Origin: Candidatus Latescibacterota bacterium
Lineage (GTDB): Bacteria > Latescibacterota > UBA2968 > UBA8231
Assembly (NCBI GenBank): GCA_965248355.1
Contig: OZ252098.1
Span: 1,760,001-1,824,000 of the forward strand
Length of the DNA stretch: 64,000 nucleotides
Direction: 5' to 3'
Shown: one piece after another, positions 1-9,262 of the stretch
How positions within the stretch are numbered: the stretch's first letter is position 1
Layout: every line of letters starts with the position of its first letter
Program-made: the position numbers and the translations under genes
Notes under the pieces: generated by a model
What the model saw: only the letters and a program-made list of their open reading frames with translations
Databases searched by the model: none
Told to the model about the DNA's origin: nothing

Positions 1-146
1 CCGGTCAGACACCCGTCCAGACCACGGATGACCACGAAGGTGTCGTCCGCCTCCGGATCGAGATTCCGCCGCAACTCGGCGGGCAGGAAGATCCGGCCCT
101 TGTCGTCGACGGGAACCTCGTATTCCCCGAGGAATTGTGTGGTCAC
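1..146 (-). CDS. mraZ: Division/cell wall cluster transcriptional repressor MraZ (5' part; runs off window)
   Basis: Not in ORF track; manual translation from GTG at 146: MTTQFLGEYEVPVDDKGRIFLPAELRR...FVVIRGLDGCL, with the MraZ DxKGR and RGLDGCL motifs. Confidence 0.93.
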   Translation of the reverse strand, partial: MTTQFLGEYEVPVDDKGRIFLPAELRRNLDPEADDTFVVIRGLDGCLT

Positions 147-170
147 GGGGCTCCTGGGATGCCGTCATTC

Positions 171-246
171 GGAAGAACCAATGAACTCCATTATACACCA
201 TTTTCCACCCCGGCATAGTATACCTTCTCCACACAGAGTATGTCAA
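171..246 (-). promoter_or_regulatory. sigma70-type promoter of mraZ with putative MraZ-binding repeats
   Basis: Minus strand TTGACA (246-241), 18-bp spacer, TATACT (222-217); downstream TGG at exact 10-bp spacing (CCA on + at 178, 188, 198). Confidence 0.7.
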
Positions 247-450
247 GAGAAATCACGCCCCCTGGGACGAAATCCAGAGAGGGTGTATAAATTGTTGTTA
301 TTTATTCAGTTGGAGAGAAGACCCCGGGCGGGTACCTCTCGGATGTGCCCGGGCGGATCCGATCTCAGACGTTGACCCTCTTCAGGCGCTCGGACGGGCC
401 AGGGTCGAGGCTCTCACGGTAGGAGGGGGAGCGGAGGAGCCGGGAGGCGC

Positions 451-1062
451 TCAGGGCTTTTCCAGGACTCGACGGTGAATCGCCTTCCCCTGGCCCACGA
501 ACTTGTCCTCATAGTTCGTGCTCACCCCCTCCCAGGCCACTTCCACGGGCTCCAGAAGGTCGCGGAACCCCTCGAGGACCTCGAGGATCGATTCGAAATA
601 GCCGTCGTGGTCGGTGGCCAGCCAGAGACGCCCCCGGGGCTGCAGGACCCGCTCCACTTCGGCGAGAAAGGCCTCGTCGAGCAGTCGCCGCTTGTGATGC
701 CTCTTCTTCGGCCAAGGATCGGGGAAGTACACATGAATAGCCCGGACCGAGGCGCTGGCGAGGAAGAACTCGACGAATTCCCTGGCGTCACCGTGGACGA
801 AGCGCAGGTTGGTGCAGCCCCGGCGCATGGCCCTGCCGTGGGCGAGGCGGAGGTATCTCGCCGCCTGCTCTACACCGATATAGTTGACACCGGGGTGCTG
901 CAGGGCCGCGTCGAGGAGGAAGCGTCCCTTGCCGATCCCCAGCTCGAGTTCCACCGGATTGGGATTGCCGAACTGCGACGCCAAGTCGAGAGCGGGATCC
1001 TGATCGGTCTCCTGGTCGAGCCCGATGAGGAGAGATTCAAGCCCGGTGGCCGGCGCCTTCAT
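451..1062 (-). CDS. trmB: tRNA (guanine-N7)-methyltransferase
   Basis: ELGIGKG SAM motif; FPDPWPKKRHHKRR; ATD; TNYEDKF. Confidence 0.95.
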   Translation of the reverse strand: MKAPATGLESLLIGLDQETDQDPALDLASQFGNPNPVELELGIGKGRFLLDAALQHPGVNYIGVEQAARYLRLAHGRAMRRGCTNLRFVHGDAREFVEFFLASASVRAIHVYFPDPWPKKRHHKRRLLDEAFLAEVERVLQPRGRLWLATDHDGYFESILEVLEGFRDLLEPVEVAWEGVSTNYEDKFVGQGKAIHRRVLEKP

Positions 1063-1114
1063 CGCTCCCCTTTCCGCGGCACTTCGGAGGGGCTACCGCG
1101 ACGGACGCCCTGCC

Positions 1115-2305
1115 TCAGCCGGCCGCCTCGCTGTGGCCCGGGAGGCCGCAGAACTGGTCGTAGTCGATCAACTCCCTGACAGTGGGCTCGTCGCCGCACA
1201 CGGGACAGGCCGTGTTCCGACGCAGCTTGACCTCGCGGAATCTCATATCGAGGGCGTCGTAGAGAATCATGCGGCCCACGAGAGGGACGCCCTTGCCGAT
1301 CACGAGCTTGATCACCTCCGTCGCCTGGATCAGACCGACCGTTCCGGGCAGGACCCCGAGAACCCCGCCCTCGGCGCAACTGGGCACTTCACCCGGAGGC
1401 GGGGGCTCGGGATACAGGCAGCGGTAGCAGGGCCCGCCTTCGCCGGGGTGGTAGACCGTCGCCTGCCCCTCGAAGCGGAAGATGCTGCCGTCGACGACGG
1501 GCTTGCCGGACAGTACCGCCGCGTCGTTGACCAGGTACCGGGTCGGGAAATTGTCACAGCCGTTGACGATGATGTCGTAGCCGTTGATGATCTCCATGGC
1601 GTTGTGGGAGGTCAACAGCTCGTGGTGCGCCTCGACGCGGATGCCGGGGTTCAGCTTCAGCAGCCGGTCGCGGGCGGCCTCGACCTTCGGCTGCCCGAGC
1701 ACGTCCTCACCGAAGAGGACCTGGCGCTGCAGGTTGCTGCGGTCGACGACGTCGGCGTCGACCAGACCCAGGGTTCCGACTCCGGCCGCGGCCAGGTAGA
1801 GCGCCGACGGACAGCCGAGACCGCCGGCCCCGATGAGCAGGACCTTCGCCTTGAGCAGGTCCTGCTGGCCCCGTTCACCGACCTCGGGCAGGATGATGTG
1901 CCGCGAGTAGCGTTGCAGGTCTTCGTCGGACAGGAGGCCGTCCTGCTCGATGCCGTATCCCGCCTCCTTCCACCCCTTGATCCCTCCGATCATCGAACTC
2001 ACCCTGGTGTAGCCCATGGCCACCAAGTCGCGCGCCGCCAAGGCCGAGCGATTCCCGCCCGCGCAGTAGAGGACGATCGGCTCCTCGCGGTTCAGGGTGA
2101 CATCCTCCTCGACGTTGAGCTCGAGGAATCCCCGGGGGATCAGGTGGGCCCCGGGGATGTAACCGTCCATGACCTCGTCGCGTTCGCGCACATCGACGAC
2201 ATGCCGGATCTCACCGGCTGTCAGGGCCCGCTTGGTCTCCTCGGCGGTGACCTCCGTGATCGACTTCTTGACCTCTTCGAGGAGTTGGCTCGAAGTGAGA
2301 GCCAT
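1115..2305 (-). CDS. moeB: MoeB/MoeZ-type sulfur-carrier adenylyltransferase with N-terminal rhodanese domain
   Basis: Rhodanese DVRE...YCAGGNRS; ThiF domain RYSRHI, GAGGLG, SNLQRQ, CYRC, CPVC; start taken at MALTSS. Confidence 0.9.
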   Translation of the reverse strand: MALTSSQLLEEVKKSITEVTAEETKRALTAGEIRHVVDVRERDEVMDGYIPGAHLIPRGFLELNVEEDVTLNREEPIVLYCAGGNRSALAARDLVAMGYTRVSSMIGGIKGWKEAGYGIEQDGLLSDEDLQRYSRHIILPEVGERGQQDLLKAKVLLIGAGGLGCPSALYLAAAGVGTLGLVDADVVDRSNLQRQVLFGEDVLGQPKVEAARDRLLKLNPGIRVEAHHELLTSHNAMEIINGYDIIVNGCDNFPTRYLVNDAAVLSGKPVVDGSIFRFEGQATVYHPGEGGPCYRCLYPEPPPPGEVPSCAEGGVLGVLPGTVGLIQATEVIKLVIGKGVPLVGRMILYDALDMRFREVKLRRNTACPVCGDEPTVRELIDYDQFCGLPGHSEAAG

Positions 2306-2377
2306 TCTGGTCTTCTCCGTCTGTGGTGAATTCGTTCGCCAGAAGCTAGGGACCACCCCGCTTCCCGCAACCCCGTG

Positions 2378-3589
2378 CTAGGCAGGGGCCGGGACGCCGA
2401 GGCGGCGAACCTCCAGGACCGTCCGGCGCGCCGCGTACTCGATGTCGGCAGCCTCGTTGAAACGTCCGAGGCCGAACCGCAGAGTGGCAGCCGCCGTGGC
2501 GTCGTCGCATCCGATCGCCTTGAGAACGTGGGACGGCTCACCGGAGCCGGAAGTGCAGGCCGAGCCCGAGGACACCGCGAGATCCCTGAGGGCCAACAGC
2601 AGATCGGTTCCGTGCACGCCGGAAAAGGAGACGCTCAGGGCCCCCGGGAGACGTGGACGCGAGCTGCCGTTGAGTCTGAGCTGTCCCGGGAGATGCGCGA
2701 GGAGCCTCGACTCCAGGTCGTCGCGCAGCGACGCCATGCGGACGGCGTCGGACGACATCTCCTCGGCGCAGAGCCGGCAGGCCTCCCCGAGACCCACGAT
2801 CCCGGGGACGTTGAGGGTGCCGGAACGCAGCCCGCGCTCCTGTCCGCCTCCCTCGACCAGCGGCTCGAGTCTCAGCGGCGGACGGCGGCGGCGCACGAAC
2901 AGCGCCCCCTGCCCCTTGGGCCCGTAGAGCTTGTGAGCGGAAAGCGACAGCAGGTCCACGGGGAGCTCGGAGACATCGATTGGAACCTTGCCCGCGGCCT
3001 GGGCGGCGTCGCAGTGCCAGATGACGCCGCTGGCGGAGACCAGACGCCCGATCTCCTCCAGCGGCGCCAGGGTGCCGATCTCGTTGTTGGCGGCCATCAG
3101 GGAAAGCAGGATCGGCTTCTCGGCGAGAGCCTCTTCGAGCCGCTCGAGATCGACGCTCCCGGCGCCGTCGACGGGCAGGCGGGTCACGCGGAAGCCCCGG
3201 CGCTCCAGGGAGGCGAACACGTCGAGCACCGCTCGATGCTCGGTGACGCAGGTCACGAGGTGATCGCCTCGCTCCTGGTTCGCCTCGGCCACACCCTTTA
3301 TGGCCAGGTTATTGGCTTCGGTGGCGCCGCTCGTGAGGACGATCTCGCGAGGGGTGGCCCCGATCAGCTCCGCCACCTGGGCGCGGGCCCTGTCCACGGC
3401 CGCCGCCGCACTCCAGCCGAAGGCGTGGGTCCGGCTCGATGGGTTGCCGAAGTGGGTCGTGAAGTACGGCCACATCGCCTTCAGGACCCGCGGGTCCATG
3501 GGCGTGGTGGCCAAGTTGTCGAGGTAGGTTGTGTGCTGGGAGGGCCCGCCCGGAGGCAGGTCAGACGGCGAAGGATTCGCCGCAGCCAC
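2378..3589 (-). CDS. iscS: Cysteine desulfurase (IscS type)
   Basis: YLDNLATTP, GNPSS, SAHKLYGPKG, SSGSACTS. Confidence 0.92.
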   Translation of the reverse strand: MAAANPSPSDLPPGGPSQHTTYLDNLATTPMDPRVLKAMWPYFTTHFGNPSSRTHAFGWSAAAAVDRARAQVAELIGATPREIVLTSGATEANNLAIKGVAEANQERGDHLVTCVTEHRAVLDVFASLERRGFRVTRLPVDGAGSVDLERLEEALAEKPILLSLMAANNEIGTLAPLEEIGRLVSASGVIWHCDAAQAAGKVPIDVSELPVDLLSLSAHKLYGPKGQGALFVRRRRPPLRLEPLVEGGGQERGLRSGTLNVPGIVGLGEACRLCAEEMSSDAVRMASLRDDLESRLLAHLPGQLRLNGSSRPRLPGALSVSFSGVHGTDLLLALRDLAVSSGSACTSGSGEPSHVLKAIGCDDATAAATLRFGLGRFNEAADIEYAARRTVLEVRRLGVPAPA

Positions 3590-3884
3590 AGGTGGTCCGG
3601 GCGTTGGGGTTCTCCACCTGGAAGCCGGCCCCCATCAGGCCATCATCGTAGCGCAGGATGACGCCGCTGAGGTAGAGGCTGCTCTTGGGATCGACAAAGA
3701 GGCGGACACCGTTGGACTCGATGACCTGATCCATGTCGCCGGCCTCTTCTTCGAACTCGAGCTTGTACTGGAACCCGGAGCACCCCCCTCCCTTGACCGC
3801 CACGCGCAGGCCGCGCCCGGGAGCGCCCTCTCTCTGCAGAAGGTTCCGGATCTTCTCAGCAGCTTCGTTGGAAACGGTGATCAT
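3561..3884 (-). CDS. iscA: A-type Fe-S carrier protein (IscA/ErpA/HesB)
   Basis: GGGCSGFQY and TCGCGESF. Confidence 0.93.
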   Translation of the reverse strand: MITVSNEAAEKIRNLLQREGAPGRGLRVAVKGGGCSGFQYKLEFEEEAGDMDQVIESNGVRLFVDPKSSLYLSGVILRYDDGLMGAGFQVENPNARTTCGCGESFAV

Positions 3885-3890
3885 GGCCGC

Positions 3891-4373
3891 TCAGCCGCGG
3901 AAGATGGCGTATTCCACGAGGTCGGGAACCTCCCCGTGGCATCGGTAGGTCTCACAGTTGTGGCAGTCTCGCTCGAACACCTGTATCTCGCAGGAGAGAC
4001 ATCCGCGCAGCACGTCGATGCCGCGGATGTTGCGTTCTTTCATCTCTTGGTACTGGGCGATCCTTTTGTCGATCTCCTCCTGCTGACTCTGGAGGATGTC
4101 GATCATCTGACGCGACAGGTCGCCACCCGTCTCGGCCGCCTCGCGCATGGAAAACAGCCGGCGCACCTGTTCCAACTCGAACCCCAGAGCCTTGAGGCCC
4201 TGGATGATCTGCAGCCGGCGCAACTGGTCCTCGCAATAGCGCCGGAACCCGCCGTCCGTCCGCGCCACGGGCTCGATGATCCCGAGTTCCTCGTAGTAGC
4301 GGATGGTGCGGGTCGAGACGCCGGCTCGCTCGGCCAGATCGCCGATTTGCATTGTGGTTTCAGGGACTGCCAA
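3891..4373 (-). CDS. MerR-family transcriptional regulator with Cys-rich C-terminus
   Basis: IGDLAERAGVSTRTIRYYEELG HTH; C-terminal CLSC...DCHNCETYRCH. Confidence 0.9.
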   Translation of the reverse strand: MAVPETTMQIGDLAERAGVSTRTIRYYEELGIIEPVARTDGGFRRYCEDQLRRLQIIQGLKALGFELEQVRRLFSMREAAETGGDLSRQMIDILQSQQEEIDKRIAQYQEMKERNIRGIDVLRGCLSCEIQVFERDCHNCETYRCHGEVPDLVEYAIFRG

Positions 4374-4400
4374 CAGGCGGTACCTTCCTGACTCTTCGCG

Positions 4401-4429
4401 AATGTAACCAGCCCCCTCCCGAGTGTCAA
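4401..4429 (-). promoter_or_regulatory. sigma70-type promoter for merR-iscA-iscS-moeB-trmB
   Basis: Minus strand TTGACA-17bp-TACATT in the cysK/merR gap. Confidence 0.65.
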
Positions 4430-4436
4430 CGAGTCG

Positions 4437-5390
4437 TCAGGCCGGCCCCGAGGGACTCCCGACGAAGCCGTCCACGCTGAAATAGCGAAAACCCGTGTCG
4501 CACAGCACGGTGACCACGGTGGCCTGGGCCCCCAGCTCGAGCGCCACGGCCAGCGCCGCGGCGACATTGGCTCCGGAGGAGGGTCCCACGAGCAGGCCCT
4601 CCTCGCGGGCCAGACGCCGGGTGCGGACAAAGGCCTCCTCGTCATCGATCGTGACCACGGCGTCGATCACCGTCCGGTCGAGCACCTCCGGAACGAACCC
4701 GGCGCCGATGCCCTGGATGCCGTGCACCCTGGCCCGGCCCCCGGAGAGCACGGCCGAGCGCGCCGGCTCGACGGCCACGATCCGCACCGCCGATCCCAGC
4801 TCCTCCCGGAGCACGCCGCCCACACCACTGATCGTACCCCCGGTCCCGACACCCGCGACGAAGGCGTCGATCCGTCCGCCCACGGCCTCCAGGATTTCCC
4901 GGGCGGTCGTGCGTCTGTGCACTTCCGGGTTGGCCGGGTTGGCGAACTGCTGGGGCATGAAGCAGCCCTGCGGATCGGCGGCGACGATCTCCTCGGCCCG
5001 GGCGATCGCTCCGGGCATATCCTGGTCGGAGGGGGTCAGCTCGATCCGCGCGCCGTAGGCCGCCATCACCGAGATCCGCTCCTCGCTCATGTGATCGGGC
5101 ATGGTCAGCACCAGGTCGTACCCAAGGGCGGCCGCAACCATGGCCAGGGCGATCCCCGTGTTGCCGCTGGTGGGTTCCACGATGCGCATGCCCGGCCTCA
5201 AACGTCCGTCCTTCTCGGCTGCCCGGACCATGCTCAGGCCGATCCGGTCCTTCACGCTGCCCGCGGGGTTGAGGGACTCGAGCTTGCACATGACGCGGGC
5301 GCTGTCAGCCGACACCATGCGGCGCAGGGCCACCATGGGGGTGGCACCGACCGTGTCGAGGATCGAGGTGGCGGCCCGGACCTCAGCCAT
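4437..5390 (-). CDS. cysK: Cysteine synthase A
   Basis: NPAGSVKDR (PLP lysine), [25 protein letters not shown]; start MAEVRAA overlaps upstream stop. Confidence 0.93.
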   Translation of the reverse strand: MAEVRAATSILDTVGATPMVALRRMVSADSARVMCKLESLNPAGSVKDRIGLSMVRAAEKDGRLRPGMRIVEPTSGNTGIALAMVAAALGYDLVLTMPDHMSEERISVMAAYGARIELTPSDQDMPGAIARAEEIVAADPQGCFMPQQFANPANPEVHRRTTAREILEAVGGRIDAFVAGVGTGGTISGVGGVLREELGSAVRIVAVEPARSAVLSGGRARVHGIQGIGAGFVPEVLDRTVIDAVVTIDDEEAFVRTRRLAREEGLLVGPSSGANVAAALAVALELGAQATVVTVLCDTGFRYFSVDGFVGSPSGPA

Positions 5391-7470
5391 GGACCTCGCC
5401 GAGCAGCCGAGTGAATTCGGCCACGTCCGCCACGGGGGCGGAGCAGACCGAGTCCTGACAGACATAGGCCCGGGCCTCCCCCCCGGCCCCCGGCCGGCGC
5501 TCCTGCAGGGCCGGGACGATGGTGGCCGCCCCGGCCGGATCACTACATCCCCCCGAGAGCACGCGGGTCGGCATGTACAGACGATTGGCCGCCTCGACGA
5601 AGGGGCGGCGGGAATCCGCCGAGCCCACCACGCTGATCTCCAGGGAGCCCCTGCGGTACTGGTGCAGGGCGCAGGCCATGAAGGGGCAGGCACCAGGGGA
5701 CCGCTCGAGGAGCCGGGCGTAGAGATGCAGCGTCTCCTCGGCGCAGCGGCGGAAGTCGGTCTCGCCGGTCAGGGCCCCCAGGCGCAGTAGAGCCATGGCC
5801 GCCAGGGAATTGCCGGCCGGCGTCGCCCCGTCGAAGGGGTTCTTGGTGCGCACCAACAGGTCGTCGCGGCCGCTATCGACGTAGAAGAACCCGCCCTCGG
5901 CGTCGTCCCAGAAACGTGCGATCATGGTCCGCGCCAGGGTCGAGGCCACGAGAAGCCAGCTCTCCTCGAAGGTCGCTTCGTAGAGATCCACGAGGCCGGT
6001 CACGAGAGCGGCATAGTCGTCCTGGAAGGCCGCGATACGGGCCCGCCCGTCCTTGTAGACATGGAACAGCCCGCCGTCCACGACGAGGGCCTCGAGGAGG
6101 AAACGAGCCGCCCTGCACGCCGAGTCCAGGTAGCCGGGGTCGCCCAGGACCTGGGAGCCGCGCGCCATGGCGCTGATCATCAGCCCGTTCCACGATGTGA
6201 TCACCTTGTCGTCCCGGCCTGGCGCCACCCGCTGCCGACGCGCCTCGAACAAGGCGGTCCTCGCAGCCGAGGTCGCCGACGCCAGACGCTCCGGATCGAT
6301 GTCGAGGAAGCGGGCCAGTCCCTCGGGCTCGGAGGACCGATGCAGGATGTTGGCGCCTTCGAAGTTGCCCTCCGGCGTCACGTCGTAGCAGCGGCAGAAC
6401 AGGTGGGCCGTCTCCTCGTCCTCGATCACCTCCTCCACCTGCTCCGGCGTCCACAGGAAGAAGCGGCCCTCCTCGCCCTCGGAATCGGCGTCCTGTGTCG
6501 AGCAATAGCCCCCTTCGGGGGTCGTCATCTCCCGAATCACGTAGTCGAGGGTCTCGCGGGCGACACACCCGTAGAGATCCGTCCCCGTCGCCTGCCAGGC
6601 ATCGAGGTAGACCGGCACCAGCAGGGCATTGTCGTAGAGCATCTTCTCGAAGTGCGGGAGGAGCCAGCGCTCGTCGACCGAATAACGGTGAAACCCGCCG
6701 CCGAGGTGATCGTAGATGCCGCCGCGGGCCATGCGCGTCAGGGTGTGGGCGGCGGCCCCCAAGGACGCCTTCTCCCCACTGTCGTGCCAGTGACGCAGCA
6801 GCAGGGACAGGCCGCCGCTGTTCGGGAACTTCGGTCCCCGGGGGCTGAACCCTCCGTGGGTCTCGTCGTGATCGGACACCAACTCTCGGACGGCGGCCTC
6901 GACGAGGCCGTCCGCAATGGCCTCGGATCGTGCCAGAGGCGCGGCGTTCTGCACGAGGAACCGGCGCAGCTCGTCCGCCCTCTCCTCGACACGGTCGGGG
7001 TGCTCCTGGTAGTGGGCGGCCACGGCTTCCAGAACCCGCCCGAATCCGGGACGCCCGTAACGGTCGTCGGGAGGGAAGTAGGTGCCGCCGAAGAAGGGTC
7101 GCAGATCGGGGGTGAGGAAGACGGTCATGGGCCAGCCGCCGTTGCCGGTCATGGCCTGCACGGCCGCCATGTAGATCTCGTCGACCTCGGGGCGCTCCTC
7201 GCGGTCGACCTTGATGTTGACGAAGTGGCGGTTCATCAGCCCCGCGATGGACTCGTTCTCGAAGGATTCGCGCTCCATCACGTGGCACCAGTGACAGGCG
7301 GAGTAACCAACCGAAAGCAGAATCGGCCGATCCCGCTGTCGCGCCAGATCCAGAGCTTCCCGGCCCCATGGAAACCAGTCCACCGGGTTGTGGGCGTGCT
7401 GCTGCAGGTAGGGGCTGGTCTCGAGGGACAGACGGTTGGGGCGTGGAGATGGAGGTGCGTCGGTGGGCAC
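5383..7470 (-). CDS. Thioredoxin-domain/glycoside hydrolase-like protein (YyaL/DUF255/SSP411 family)
   Basis: [43 protein letters not shown]. Confidence 0.92.
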   Translation of the reverse strand: MPTDAPPSPRPNRLSLETSPYLQQHAHNPVDWFPWGREALDLARQRDRPILLSVGYSACHWCHVMERESFENESIAGLMNRHFVNIKVDREERPEVDEIYMAAVQAMTGNGGWPMTVFLTPDLRPFFGGTYFPPDDRYGRPGFGRVLEAVAAHYQEHPDRVEERADELRRFLVQNAAPLARSEAIADGLVEAAVRELVSDHDETHGGFSPRGPKFPNSGGLSLLLRHWHDSGEKASLGAAAHTLTRMARGGIYDHLGGGFHRYSVDERWLLPHFEKMLYDNALLVPVYLDAWQATGTDLYGCVARETLDYVIREMTTPEGGYCSTQDADSEGEEGRFFLWTPEQVEEVIEDEETAHLFCRCYDVTPEGNFEGANILHRSSEPEGLARFLDIDPERLASATSAARTALFEARRQRVAPGRDDKVITSWNGLMISAMARGSQVLGDPGYLDSACRAARFLLEALVVDGGLFHVYKDGRARIAAFQDDYAALVTGLVDLYEATFEESWLLVASTLARTMIARFWDDAEGGFFYVDSGRDDLLVRTKNPFDGATPAGNSLAAMALLRLGALTGETDFRRCAEETLHLYARLLERSPGACPFMACALHQYRRGSLEISVVGSADSRRPFVEAANRLYMPTRVLSGGCSDPAGAATIVPALQERRPGAGGEARAYVCQDSVCSAPVADVAEFTRLLGEVHG

Positions 7471-7747
7471 GGGCGGAATCTAACGAGCGGCAAGGTGCGG
7501 GACAATCAGCATGGGCGTACAAGCCGTCCCGATGTGGACGGCAACGGGTGCCATGCCTCTCACGGGTGTCTCCTCCGGGACACACCCTGTCTGCTCCCCC
7601 GGGGCGTGGTGGGAGCTCGTATTTCCCTGCAACCGAACGAAGTACATCGATCGATGAACCCTGGCACGAGACGTGCAGAACCAGCGTTCATCCCGGGTCG
7701 GCCGATTCCCCGTTCGACCTGTCCCAACTACCCCCTTGGAGGATGTC

Positions 7748-8161
7748 ATGTCCGATTTGAGGATGCCGTTCATCAACCAGGTTGCACTCGCCGGCCGGTT
7801 GACGCAGGATCCCGAGTTCCGAATCACGGAGGGCGGAATCGGCCGCCTCACGGCACGGGTCGCCGTCAACCGCGCCTATCGCGACCGCAACGACGAATGG
7901 CAGGACGAGGCTTCGTTCTTCCAGGTGGTCATGTGGGGTCAGCTGGCCGAGCGCATGGCCGAGCGCCTGCACAAGGGTACGCCCGTGTTCCTCAGCGGGC
8001 GCCTGAAGAGCAGCAGCTGGCGGGACGAGGAGGAGAACCCTCACACCATCGTCGAGGTCCAGGTGCGCAACCTCCAGATCCTCGAGCGCCCCACCGCCGT
8101 CAACGGAGATGCTCAGGACGTCGCCGAGGAGGAGGGCGAGGAACTCGAACTGGCGGCTTGA
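7748..8161 (+). CDS. ssb: Single-stranded DNA-binding protein
   Basis: INQVALAGRLTQDPE OB-fold start, VVMWGQLAE, GRLKSSSW; GGAGG RBS upstream. Confidence 0.92.
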   Translation: MSDLRMPFINQVALAGRLTQDPEFRITEGGIGRLTARVAVNRAYRDRNDEWQDEASFFQVVMWGQLAERMAERLHKGTPVFLSGRLKSSSWRDEEENPHTIVEVQVRNLQILERPTAVNGDAQDVAEEEGEELELAA

Positions 8162-8246
8162 AGGAGCGAGGCGGGGGCGACGAGTCGTACACGTGGTCCC
8201 CGCACCGCCGGCCGGGCGGCCATCCTCGCGACCCTGACGCGGATGA

Positions 8247-8275
8247 TTGACAGTCCCTGTAACCGTCTCTATCGT
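8247..8275 (+). promoter_or_regulatory. Putative sigma70 promoter for tRNA-Ala
   Basis: TTGACA-17bp-TATCGT upstream of the tRNA. Confidence 0.55.
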
Positions 8276-8359
8276 ATCTAAAAAACAGGTAGTTGCGGCC
8301 TTCCCGCCTATCTCCTGCAAACCCCGGCAGGCGTCGAGGAAGACCCGAGGTCCGGATCA

Positions 8360-8435
8360 GGGGCAGTAGCTCAGTTGGGAGAGCGCGGGCTTTGCAAGCC
8401 TGAGGTCGTCGGTTCGATCCCGATCTGCTCCACCA
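8360..8435 (+). tRNA. tRNA-Ala (TGC)
   Basis: 76-nt cloverleaf: GGGGCAG/CTGCTCC acceptor stem with G3:U70, anticodon loop TT-TGC-AA, TTCGATC T-loop, encoded CCA. Confidence 0.97.
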
Positions 8436-8508
8436 TAGAAACGGCAGAAGAACGGCAGAACGGCCGGAGGCCCAGCCGACTTCGGGGATCTCCATCGCGG
8501 GCTAGTGC

Positions 8509-9245
8509 TTACCTGCACAATTCAGCGTAGGTATCATGCAGCTCGGTAGGGAAGACGTGTCGCTTCTTCCACTCGAAGGGCTGGGCTGTCGAGTTGTAGG
8601 CGGCGATGAAGGCGTCCATGGCGTCGCGCCGTTGCCGGGGCGAGGTGAAGCTGGCCCCCTGCAGGGCGCGGCGGGTGAGGATACTGAACCAGATCTCGAT
8701 CTGATTCAGCCAGCAGCCCCTGGGATCGTTCCAGCGCCTGGATGGAGGGCTTTTCATCGACACACAGCACCACGGCCTTGGCCGAAAACGCCGGGTCCGT
8801 GCTCACCTCGTGGGACCGTCGCCGCTGCAGATGGATCCCATGCTGACGCAACACGCGCCACACGTAATGGACCGACACGTCCCCGAGGGTTTCGGCCAGC
8901 AGGGCGGCGGTCCAGGTCGCGTGTCCGGGCGGCGGCGGCTGGGACACCAGGTCGATGAGCCGCTGCTCGGTCTCCTCGTCATACCGCCTCGGCGGACCCG
9001 GCCGCGGCGCGTCCTGCAACCCGTCCAGGGCCGTGCGCGGCAAAGCGCGTTCGCCACTTGCTCACCGTGGCGTGGCGGACCCCCAGCCGCCCGGCGATCG
9101 TCACCGACGCCTGACCGGCCGCCGCGGCCAGGATGATGCGCGCCCGCAGGGCGAGCCGCTGTTCCGTGGTCCCCGATCGCGCCCATTGCTGCAGCGTGGC
9201 GCGATCCTGTTCCGTCAACGAAATCTGGGTCACTGGTCGTGCCAT
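8509..9245 (-). pseudogene. IS630-family transposase pseudogene (frameshifts and internal deletion)
   Basis: Three frames carry successive parts: HTH (RARIILAAA...TVSKWR), DAPRPGPPR...VLCVDEKPSIQALER, WLNQIEIWFSIL...PFEW; central DDE region missing. Confidence 0.88.
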
Positions 9246-9262
9246 GCCCCAAAGATAGATTA

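Noticed and set aside
1115..5390. Mycobacterial-type CysM/CysO/MoeZ cysteine pathway
   Set aside because: No ubiquitin-like sulfur carrier or Mec/JAMM gene here, and the synthase has CysK-like motifs
8100..8435. tmRNA (LAA-ending frame followed by an Ala-type acceptor end)
   Set aside because: The RNA at 8360-8435 is a complete 76-nt tRNA with its own anticodon arm, and the LAA belongs to the ssb ORF
8438..8464. Short AACGGCAGAA repeats after the tRNA
   Set aside because: About 2.5 copies of 10 bp; too short to assign a function
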